A stretch of 64,000 nucleotides of DNA from Dimorphilus gyrociliatus. Taxonomy: Eukaryota > Animalia > Annelida. The stretch lies in the NCBI GenBank assembly GCA_904063045.1, contig CAJFCJ010000009.1:42942-106941 (forward strand), written 5' to 3'. Below the pieces are notes generated by a model. It saw nothing but the letters and a program-made list of their open reading frames with translations, did not search any database and was not told the DNA's origin. Shown here piece by piece: positions 1 to 10,593 of this stretch (positions within the stretch are counted from its first letter, which is position 1; each line of letters starts with the position of its first letter). The position numbers were made by a program, and so were the translations under genes.

Positions 1-1326
1 AAAAACAAATATATTTTTGTTTATTAGAACATTAAACTGGATAATTACTTTCTGCTTGTCAGACGCCTTAGAATCAAGGCCAAGGCCATCTAAAAAATCA
101 TCGTCGTCGAAAAAATCATCTCCACTTTTTTTCTTTCCGCTGGATCCACTGGATGTTGACTGTTGTATAGATCCTATAATAAAGCATTATATAATTATAA
201 TTATTTCCTTGCCAAATTAGGCTCAGTTATTTATATATACCAGCTCTTGTCGCTATCGTAGTTTCATTTCTCTGGCTTCCAGTTCTAGTTGGAGGCCTTT
301 CAACTTCCATTCTACGACTGTCTTTTGATCTAATCAATGAATTACATTATATCTAATAGATTTCAAAATAATTGTATTAAGATTAGCTTACTTGTCAGAG
401 CTTCCAGTATTTAAAAAATCCAATGGATCATCATCATCATCGAAATCTATTGAATTTTAATTATCAATATCAGCAAAAAGTAAGATAATGTCATACTGAT
501 TTAATTACCAATATCCTTTTTTATCGGTGGTTTCTTTTCCTCAACCGCTGGTTTCTTCTCCTGACTTAAGGGCTTTTTTGGTGGTTCTTTGCTAGGTGTA
601 GTCGATTTTTTAGTTCCGAACAGATTTGCATCCAAATCATCCATATCCTTTATTAAAAAATATTCTAATTATTGCATGATTTTATTCACTAATTAAAAAA
701 ATATTTTACAGCCAATCCGGCCAAAACATCATTAGCATCAGAAACGTCGCTGTCATTTGAAATGTCTGGTTTCAAATTCTTGTAGAAAGCATCATCGTAA
801 ACACTTAAATTTGAAAAAGAGATACGATTTCATTAGTTAAGTGAAATATATATCATTCGCTAAATAAATAGTATTTTCCTATAGGCGTCATTATTATAAA
901 CTCACTCTGGCTTTTTCGTTTGTCCACCTCTAGTTGGTTTTGGCGCTGGTTTCTCATCTATGAAATAATTTCTTTGTTTTAATTATTATTGTTATCTGAG
1001 TAAATTAAAATCTGGTATAAATCTAACCATCGCTAATTCCACCTAGAATATCATCGATATCGGCGTCTAATGTATCTTGATCCTTCTGTAATTTGATAGA
1101 TGGAGCATAATTTTAAAAAATATGGAATGAAATCACTAAGACATGCTTTTAGATAGTTAGATAAATAATATTTAAACTATGTATTCTATTTATAAAAGTA
1201 TTGTAAACACTTTGCATCTTTCCATTAATAAAAGGGAAATGATGGCAGAAAAATTACATGCACGAACATGAATATTTGTTGTTTTAAGTTAAAATTGTCA
1301 AAAAAATTCAAAAATACCTTGCTCAT
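1..1326 (-). CDS. FBF1: Fas-binding factor 1 (FBF1/Twitchy)-like centriolar protein, 5' part; multi-exon, runs off the window start
   Basis: ATG at 1326 (MSK|gt). Manually spliced exons give KDQDTLDADIDDILGGISD...SDVSDANDVLAGLA-DMDDLDANLFGTKK, resembling the FBF1 N-terminal motifs (IDDFLGDLLG...DLDGMDADILGLKK) as recalled. Confidence 0.55.
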
Positions 1327-1722
1327 CTGACTTTTTTTAATTTAAATATTCCCAACTTAATAATATAAGAAGGAATATTCAAGAATTAACTATAAATTAC
1401 TAAGACAAGCTACCAAAAACAAAAATGGAATGTACGAATATAGAGAATGCACAAAAATTGGTAATATTACGAAATGTATTTCGAAAAATAAACTTTTTAA
1501 ATTAATCATAAATCATATATGTCTTTTAATTAATTAAAATGTACGCAAAACTGATAGCGATGGTAATTCTTCTTCATTCAGTGCAGCCCTTTAAAACGCA
1601 CCGGATCCGATTTCCGCCATTTTTACCGACTGCTTTACCTAAATCGCGCGACTTCTATATATTTAGAACTAAGAAGTTTTGTTTAAGAAGGAAAATATTT
1701 CAGAAAATATTACTCCTGAAAA

Positions 1723-2121
1723 ATGTCGGTTGGTGTTCCAATAAAAATATTGCATGAAGCCGAAGGACACATTGTTACTTGTGAAACTGCTACCGGCGAT
1801 GTTTACCGTGGAAAGTTAGTGGAGGCAGAAGACAATATGAACAGCCAAATGGCCAACGTAACGGTAACCTACAGAGATGGACGAGTTGCCCAACTGGAAC
1901 ACGTCTTCATTCGAGGATCTAAAATCCGATTTATGATACTTCCCGACATGTTGAAGAATGCACCTATGTTCAAGAAAGTTCAGGGCAGAGGGTCCACTAT
2001 CGGGCGTGGAAAATCGGGAATTCTCAGAGCTCAAGCCGCTCGTGGTCGCGGAACGGCCGGTCGAGGTGTCCCAGGACGAGGCGGTCCAGGAAGAGGAGCA
2101 ACCGGTCGTGGTTTCCGTTAA
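1723..2121 (+). CDS. SNRPD3: small nuclear ribonucleoprotein Sm D3, intronless
   Basis: [22 protein letters not shown]...[23 protein letters not shown] plus an RG-rich tail. Confidence 0.97.
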   Translation: MSVGVPIKILHEAEGHIVTCETATGDVYRGKLVEAEDNMNSQMANVTVTYRDGRVAQLEHVFIRGSKIRFMILPDMLKNAPMFKKVQGRGSTIGRGKSGILRAQAARGRGTAGRGVPGRGGPGRGATGRGFR

Positions 2122-2351
2122 TGTATTATATTATACGTTGTTATCAGTAAAAAAGAAGTTTTTTTTTTAATATTTCACAAAGTCGTTTCGTCGTTTGGAT
2201 ATAAAATATACATAGGATATTTGCATATTTTTAAAAAAAGAATATACAAAAGCGCCACACAGTAGTGTGTTCCAGATACATTATATCATTATTACATCAT
2301 ATGTCAAAAGAAACGAGAAAAGCTGAGATGAGCAATACTGTTCAAAAATGG

Positions 2352-3626
2352 TTAATGTAGCATCAAAGCATTGAGATTATCTTGCAAAATTGTGTCTTTT
2401 ACGGCATTGAAAACGACCCGAATATTGTCTGTATTTACAGCAGTTGTAAAATGGTGGAAAAGGGGTTTCGATCTATCTCGTCGCATTTCGTCAAATAGAG
2501 AGAGTTCAAACTGTAGAACTTGTTCAGGCGAATTTGGATCTCCTTTAAATTGAGGAAATTCGGAATTAATATTTGCTCCAGCTCCTACCTTCTTCTTTAG
2601 AACATCCTCTTTGTTGAGAAAGAGTATAATTGCTACATTTATAAGAATTTTGTTGTTGACAATAGTTTGAAATATCTCGAGCGATTCTCTCATCTTGTTT
2701 TTCTTTGGGTTTTCTCCCAATCTCTGATCGAATTCCGAAGAAGAAGCAAGAAAGAGAATAGCTGTAATGCCAGCGAAACATTTAAGCCAATTATCCCGTT
2801 CTGTTCGCTGACCTCCGACGTCGATGAAAACGAAAGGAATCTGACTGACAAGTAATTCATGTTCCAAAATGCCAATAGTTTTCCTCCTAGAATGCACGAT
2901 ATCAGGAATGTTAGGTCTGTACCCGGGTGTACCTATTCTGTCAATATTATCCATGTAATATTGTACGCTGTCGTCCTGAAAATAACGCAATAATATGACA
3001 CCATAAGCGAGATATGATACTAAAAAAATCTAAGATTCGCTTACTATTTCATAAATATGACGGTTTCGAAACACGAATTTTGCTACTTTCTCGCTCCATA
3101 GTGATTTAAAATGAGACACGAGAGGCAAAAATAACTTTTCTTTATTAGATACCGTGGTCTCGTTCAATTCCGGATCCTGTGCTTCGATAGTTTTACTTGA
3201 TTCAATCTGTGTCTGCTTCTTTAGCGGCATAATTAAGGCATAAAATTTGGAATTAAGAGAATCCAGCGATCTAAGTTGCTGTTCGACAAAGTCTTCCACT
3301 TGTTTTTTCTCCCAAGTCCATTGGTTTTGATTGTCTACCAACATTTTCGCTTGACGCATAATCAACAGCATTCCTTTTACAATATTTTGATATATTGTCA
3401 ACTTAAAAAGTAACATTTCGTCTTCTTTAAATTGTTCGCCATGAATAATTCTCATTTGTTTCAAAAATGTACTTTTACCACTTTCAGCCGTACCTAACAG
3501 TAGAACTCTCTGTCGTCTTCTTGCCAATTTCTTTTCTTTCTTCAATTGTTTGTCAATTCGAAGGCTTTTTAATTTTTGATCCCTTTTTTCGGGATCAATG
3601 CAGGCGGTAAATGGACAATATTCCAT
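2352..3626 (-). CDS. GNA12/13: heterotrimeric G-protein alpha subunit, G12/13 (concertina-like) class; 2 exons, intron 2976-3044
   Basis: G boxes GTAESGKS, RRKTIGI, DVGGQR, NKED, HFTTAVNTDNIR. The C-terminus QDNLNALMLH resembles G12/13. Confidence 0.85.
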
Positions 3627-4703
3627 TATTATTTAACACACAAACAAACTTTTTTCCAAGTGGCACACCCTACTAGTCTATTCTACAACTTTTACGTCAG
3701 CAAGTCTTTTCCAGGGAATCCCATTATTCCGTTTTCGTAAAAAATAGAAAAGTTTTTTTTTGTCAGAATTTTTGGTCAAAATATATCAATACCCTCTGAC
3801 AAGAAAATAATTATTTCCGTTTCGTGACTTTAAATACGAAATGATAAATATTTTCGGAAAGATAATAAACAGACAAAGATAAGAAAGGTCAAGATATGTC
3901 ATTGCTCAAAGCTTTGACACTTCCGGACAGACAGTGGCGCTCGTAGCGGACCTACTGTAAAACTTTCTTGGATTACTTCCTATGTACTTAAAGCCCCGGC
4001 GCGCCACAATAGTGGCGCCAGCGTCTTACATAAACTTGTTAGCAAGACTAAATAATCCCTATCTAACCCTTACAATGCAATAATGCACAAAGTTGAAGGA
4101 AAAATCTTTAATTTAATATAAGCCATTGATTTTATGTAAAACTATACACCTAATTATTATTAATATTATATTTATTAAAATGACTGATCAACAAACTTAA
4201 TAATTAATTAGTATCTTTATTATGACATTTAACATGAGAAAGGAGAGGCGGGCAAGTTTACTATTCAATTAAACACACTTAATAAAACTTTTAAAACCTA
4301 ATCTTTCATAAAAATTTGTGATTTTTCTTAATTGAGTTTATAGATTAAATTTTAATAAGAATTATTCCAAATTATCTGTAATTACTCTAGAAATACTAAT
4401 AAAAAAGTTGTTGATAATTTAAAGTAGAGGAAACTTTGAAAAGCTTGTAGAAAGCGCCTTAAATATTCATCAGAACGAATGTTTTTATAAAACATAATTT
4501 GACTTGACCGTAATTTGTATGCGCGTTTGTTATAATAGAACTTGTACTAAGGAAAGATAATAAGTTTCCATTCTGTAACACATTAATTGCGTTTGGCACG
4601 GAACAAAAGCGTTGAGTAAACGCAATCATCCACACTGACACTTTTTACTTACGTATTGAAATCTCCAACGGTTTGGTGGCGCTGGCACGAGTTGGTTAAG
4701 CGT

Positions 4704-4713
4704 TTATATAAGA
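4704..4713 (+). promoter_or_regulatory. TATA box upstream of homeobox gene
   Basis: TTTATATAAG about 50 nt upstream of the ATG at 4759. Confidence 0.5.
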
Positions 4714-4758
4714 GACGGCGGTCTCTTCTCAACATTTAGACTACTCTAGGCAAGCGAA

Positions 4759-5253
4759 ATGGACGCAACTCAGTCTTCATGTGCCTACGGTAATTATGGA
4801 AAAACTGCCAATGTTGGTCCGGAGAGAACAAGATCATCTTGCAGTAAGCTAAAGAGAATAAGGTTTAGTCCTACTCAACTAAGAGCGTTGGAAACTGTGT
4901 TCGCGGAAACACAATATCCCGACGCCGCAATTATCTCAGCTTTGGCTGGTCGTATGAACATACCAATGGAAAAGATTTGTACGTGGTTTCAAAATAGAAG
5001 ATCTAGATTTCGCAAAGAGTCGAAGAATGGCCATATTGAAATGATGAGAAGGCAAGTTTTCGCTACAAATTCAAATAACAACAGCCAACACGTTCTAAGT
5101 CCTCCACCACTTCCACCACAACCGAATTCAGCGATTCCAGACACTTCTCCACAAGCTCAACAACAAAGTTGCATGTACTCTCAATTACAAGTTCCAGCTT
5201 ATGATACTCCGAACGTTACCGGTGCTAATTATTCAACAGTCTATCCGTATTAA
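4759..5253 (+). CDS. intronless divergent PRD-class (Q50) homeodomain protein
   Basis: KRIRFSPTQLRALETVFAETQYPD...WFQNRRSRFRK homeodomain followed by a P/Q/S-rich tail. Confidence 0.9.
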   Translation: MDATQSSCAYGNYGKTANVGPERTRSSCSKLKRIRFSPTQLRALETVFAETQYPDAAIISALAGRMNIPMEKICTWFQNRRSRFRKESKNGHIEMMRRQVFATNSNNNSQHVLSPPPLPPQPNSAIPDTSPQAQQQSCMYSQLQVPAYDTPNVTGANYSTVYPY

Positions 5254-5684
5254 ATGTGTCACTATCCAAAAAATACAACTTATATAATGTATATACATGT
5301 AAATATATTCTCTTCAATATATCCAACATATGACTAGTAATATAGTAATTAAGCCTATACATCGCTTTCATACACTAAAAAGCTAAAAAGAAAAGGAAAT
5401 GGTTTTCTAAAAGGGCCTCGTACTTTTACTAGAAAATAAGAAAACAAAGATTCTGTACACTTAAAAAAGCAGAAAGAAGCAGGCGTCAAAAGATTAGTTA
5501 CGTCAGAGTATGATCTTTTCTGACAATGTGACACAAGTGTTTTATTCATTTCGTACGTACTCGATTCGATTATTAAAAAAAAGGTAAATCCTTAATTAAT
5601 TTAATTTAATACCCTTAATATTGAACTATTATACAAGTGATTACGTCATACAGTATATCGGAAATTGATTTGAATAATTTTCAA

Positions 5685-6899
5685 TTATAATATATCTTTA
5701 TTCTTTTTACCAGACTTTCTATTCTGATTTCGTGGTATTTTTTGGATGTTTAAAGTTTTATAAAGATTATCCGCCCGAATTGTTTTAGGTCCTTCTAACT
5801 TCTCTTTCCAGGAATTTTCGGATTTAACAGTGCCAAAAGAAATAAAATCACTTCCAAAGTCTGCTGTCTGTACTTTTTCGTCAATTTTTTCCTTTTTAAG
5901 GGAAAGTTCATTATTGGGAGCTTGCTTCTTTCTTTTAAGCTTCTTCACTTGTTTACCTTCAAAACAGGAGTGAAGTTTATTTAAATGCTAATCAATTTGT
6001 ATATCACTTACTCTTTTCTTGCGTTTCATTAAGTTGTAAACCGATATTTTCCAAGTTAATAGGTAAAGCGTAGCTTTGTATAATATCTCTTATACCTTGA
6101 AATTTATCGCAATCACCTTCTTTTTTTTTCTATGTTTTTATAAAGAGAATTTATGTTCAATCATGTAGTAATGGGAAAAGATGTATAAAGATTTAAATAG
6201 TGCTTCTTACTTTAATGCCAAAGGCTACTAGAGAGGTTACGCCTAATTGATTTGTAAGGTAATTTTTCATTCCTGATACGCAGACTGTAGGACAATGTTT
6301 AAGGGCACTCAAAGGTATCAAATGCCGTATCATTATTTGCGGTACACTTTTTTCAACTAGTAAAACACTCAAATCGTTTTTTTCCAAGGCTTTGGTTACT
6401 TCATTTATTCCGCACGCTAATTGTGATCTAAATGAGATAAAGCGATTTAACAATTAATTACACGTAAAAATAGAATTAATTACAAGAGATTCTTTTGATC
6501 GCTAGTTAAATTTTTTCGATAATTATCAAGCTTCTCGGCACGAGTTTTAAAACCTTCGCTTTTCCAGTTTTTATACCCAGGAAACTTTTTTACTTCACAT
6601 TCTTTTAGCTCTCTTTTGTTAATATGAAAGAAAAAATTATTTTTTTAAAATTCATCGTTTACAAATGCGTTGAAACTAAAATACAAACTTTTTGACTTTC
6701 GTTAAAATTTCATCACTCTTTTCGTTGATTTCCCTAAATGAATGACATCAAAACTTTCTAATTGACATACATGATAATCACGAAATTTACAAAATCGTTA
6801 GGTGGATACAAACCAATTATATTTGAAAGGGGTTCCTAATACAGTTTTTAATACTACTTTTGTAGTTTTAGCTCTTAAAGGTTTGGCTTTTTTCGACAT
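5685..6899 (-). CDS. RPP38: ribonuclease P/MRP protein subunit p38 (L7Ae family), multi-exon
   Basis: Exon 1 MSKKAKPLRAKTTKVVLKTVLGTPFKYNW. L7Ae core GINEVTKALEKNDLSVLLVEKS...LGVTSLVAFGIK. Basic C-terminus YKTLNIQKIPRNQNRK. Confidence 0.8.
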
Positions 6900-6999
6900 T
6901 TTTTATATAAAGATGTTTATTGTGAAACAGCGACAGTCTTGCTGTAGAAAATCGAATGCTATTCCATATTGGACACTACATGACAATTGTTAGAATATC

Positions 7000-9497
7000 A
7001 TGGCTGGTGTAGCGCATAGACTAGTTCGGCGGCCAAATTGGATTAATCTTACTCAGCAAAGAAGATGCAACTCAGCTGGATATTATGTCCTGTTAGATCT
7101 TTTATTACTTTTAAATCATCAAGTTTTAAAAATTTGCCTTTGCAGACTTCCGGAGGTTCCTCCAGATACAGCGAGCGATAATGCGGTAATGAGACATGAA
7201 GAGCACCCTCAGTTTCGACAAATAAATCCTGACAAAATTATTACTGGATGCTCCAAGCTCGCCATTCAATATGATGTGCAATTAGGACAACATATTGAAT
7301 CATTGAAAAGTAAATAAGCTAAAACTATAATAAAACCAGACTAATAAAAACTTTTTAAAGATTCCGAGTCCGCCTTATCATTCGAAGCAATATTTCATCC
7401 AATTGAAAAAATGTATCATCCTATGAATACTGCTTGGCGAACTGCTAAAAATCTTAACTACACATGCGGAGGACCGTACAGAACAGCTTTCCAAAGAGTA
7501 AATGACAACATTAAAAATATATTATCATAAAAAGGATTTTTTTATAATAGATTCATCCACAAGTAGAGAGAGCAAAAAATGAAAGATGGATCAGTGAAGA
7601 TTTGTTCAAGATCGTTAAAGTTATTATTTCTTTCATAGAATTATCTACACTACTAATAAACCTATTTTCACATTTGTCTTTCAACTATACTTAATGTAGA
7701 ATGCGAAAAACTTACCAAATCTAACCGAAGCACAAAGAAGTTTAATCGATATGTATTTAATGGAAGGAAAACTAAATGGCATCGAATTGACTGGAGTTGA
7801 TAAACGATCATTTATTGAAACATTAGGAAAATTAGTTGATAGCAAGAATCATTTTAGGTAAGGTTCACATTTATGCAATCATTTACACGTTTCTATATTC
7901 TTTTCTCAATAGAAATCGTGTCATGTTAAGCACTAATATATTTTCTCATCTAATTCACGACTTTAACGATGTTACTGAAATGCCACAACATGTTGCTGCC
8001 AATTTAGCACAAGACCGTCTCCGACCTCAACATGGTGAGAGTTGATAACTTTAATGGCTCAATCTGATATTTTTAAATTAATCTTAAGGTCCGTGGAGAG
8101 TAACACTCCAGCAGCATAGTGTAGACGCAGTTTTAAAATACTGTCCTAACAGGACCACCCGATGGAATATCTGGTACGCTTATAATAATAGAGCCTCCAT
8201 AAGCCAAGATGATCAAAATTTGAGTAATCATAATATTATAAAAGATTTAAGGCAATCTAGATTAGATTTGTCTAATTTACTTGGCTTTGAAAATTTCGCC
8301 CATATGTCTATGCAAACAAAAATGGCCGGAAACGTTAAAAATGTTTTACATATGATAGAATCGTTTAGAACACGATTAGGTCCTATTTTGAAAAAACAAA
8401 TAGAGGATTTAAAAGCGCTAGCTGCAGAGGATGGTGTAAAAGATCTAAAGCCTTGGGATGTATACTATTATAGACGAAAACTAGCTGATCAACTATTTAA
8501 AGTTGATGATGCCATTATCGCACAGTATTTCCCCTTCGAAACTGTTCTCGATAGAATATTCGAGTTCATAGGTAAAGCTTTCAACATACAAATTGTCGAG
8601 TGCACAGGGAAAGTTGATAGCTGGAATTCAGAAGTAAGGTATTTTAAAATCATTGATTGTGATACCCAAAACGAACTGGCCTCATTCTATGCTGATTTTT
8701 GGAAAAGAAACAATAAGATAAAAGGTGCTTGGATGGAAGTAGGTAGAGAGTATAGCTCATTACTGAATTGTAAGCCATATAGCTACTTGAATATGTCGAT
8801 TAACAAGCCTTCGTCGCATCCTTACGCTTTACTTACACTAAACGATGTTCAGACTCTAATGTTTGAACTTGGGCATGGCCTTCAACAGTTATTAACGACT
8901 GCTGAAGTAAGCGAGCTAGCCGGCCAGAGAAATATCGAGTGGGATGCTGTTCAAGCAATTCCACTATTGTTTTCCAAACTATTACATACACCTTATTGTT
9001 TGAGTCAATTCTCTTGTCATCATACCACTAAGGAAAGACTTCCGGAAGAATATATCCAAGCTATAATTGGACGTCAGAATCACTTTTCTTCGTTGGATTT
9101 AATGAGACAGTTATACTTATCAGCTTTCGATCTTGAAATGAATATTGGTAATGATCATTGGTATACAACAATGAAACGTTTATGGAATGAATTCATGCCT
9201 ATGCCACATCACGATGATGATAATCATCCTTGTTGGATGACTTCAATATTTTCAGACTTCCACTCTGCAGCCTACTATTCTTTCGTTTGGTCTGATATGA
9301 TGGCTGCCGATTTGAAGAGTTCATTTATGGAAGGTGAGGGACTAGAAAATGAACAACATTTAAGAAATGTTGGAATGAGGCTACGAAACACCCTATTGTC
9401 GATGGGGGGATCAATTTCAGCGAGCGAAGTGTTTAGAAGATTTCAAGGAAGAGATCCAAGCCACGAGCACTTATTAAATGACATTATAAGAGACTAA
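7000..9497 (+). CDS. M3A family oligopeptidase A-like protein with probable mitochondrial presequence; zinc ligands degenerate
   Basis: M3 motifs (LLGFENFAHMSM, KIKGAWM, AAYYSFVW, VFRRFQGRDPS). The HEXXH position reads FELGH. N-terminus is Arg-rich and lacks acidic residues. Several short introns lie in 7100-8090. Confidence 0.85.
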
Positions 9498-9637
9498 ATG
9501 TGTTTATGAACCGTGTTAACCGTAAGCGATTTTTTTTTCATTAAACGTTGTCGCAAACGAAATCTTAAAGTCAAAACATTATGAGTTTTATTTTAAATGT
9601 CGCAACCAACTCAACATACAGCGACAAATGTAGATGA

Positions 9638-10271
9638 TTACTGAAAGAAAGAATAAAAATTAATCTTTGTTAACCAATATTGAGCTGCGTATTTACCTTC
9701 TTTCCTGATCCGACCTTCGCTTTCTTCGTACCACGGACTTTCTTCTGTCTGTTCTTTCTTTCCTTCCTCTGCTTTCTTGCAGTTTTCTTAATTTCCATAT
9801 GTCCTTGTCGGACGAGTCTGAATTTGGGCTCAAATTTTTTAGCTTGATCCAGGCTGTCGTAAATCAAAGCGAATCCAGTCGTTTTGCCACCACCGAATTG
9901 AGTTCGGAAGCCGAAGCAGAAGATGACATCTGAAGTGGTTTTAAACGCCTTTGCCAATTTCTCTCTAACTTCAGTTTTCGGTACAGTTGCTCTTCCAGGA
10001 TGCAATACATCCACAATCTAGTATTAGAGGATAATATTTGACAGTTTTTTAGAGTGATATGAATAGAATTCAGTCTGAAACCAACCATTTGTTTACGGCT
10101 TAGTAAACGGTTTGTCATAAATTTTCTCGTTCGGAGAGTAGCAGTGTCAGCCTGAAAATAGCAATTATTGTTCAAGTAATCAATAGATAAATACTTTAAA
10201 AAGTTATCATAGACAGTTTGATGACTTGATTAAGTGTTTCAAGGAGGATTTTTAAAGATTTAACTCACCAT
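9638..10271 (-). CDS. RPS24: 40S ribosomal protein S24 (eS24); ATG-only first coding exon and stop-only last exon
   Basis: M|[22 protein letters not shown]|[14 protein letters not shown]...[14 protein letters not shown]...[10 protein letters not shown]|TAA. Confidence 0.97.
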
Positions 10272-10280
10272 GATTTATAC

Positions 10281-10308
10281 GAGGCGACAAAAGATGTAAA
10301 AAGGAAGT
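10281..10308 (-). promoter_or_regulatory. TCT/5'TOP polypyrimidine initiator of RPS24
   Basis: Minus strand reads CTTCCTTTTTACATCTTTTGTCGCCTC just upstream of the ATG. Confidence 0.65.
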
Positions 10309-10468
10309 CCATGGCGAAAGATTCGGAAGTTTTCACAAAATAATATATTCTTCCAAAAAAATTAATATTATTTTTATATGAAACAAAAAATTGAAATTTA
10401 TTTATTAAATTGAATTAATTTATTATTTTTTTAAAAAATATATTTGGAGTCGTTTTACGTAAAATAAT

Positions 10469-10517
10469 GTCACGTGACCGGGAGCCACTTTCTTGATTGG
10501 TCGTAAACGCCATATTG
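10469..10517. promoter_or_regulatory. RPS24/lamin bidirectional promoter motifs (E-box, CCAAT, YY1-like)
   Basis: Perfect palindrome GTCACGTGAC at 10469-10478, GATTGG near 10495, CGCCATATT near 10509. Confidence 0.5.
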
Positions 10518-10593
10518 GCCCGGTGAATTGCCGGGGTTCTTTTTAACTACTTATTGTTTTTCGTGATAGTAAAGAGAAAAAAGTAATACAAGG

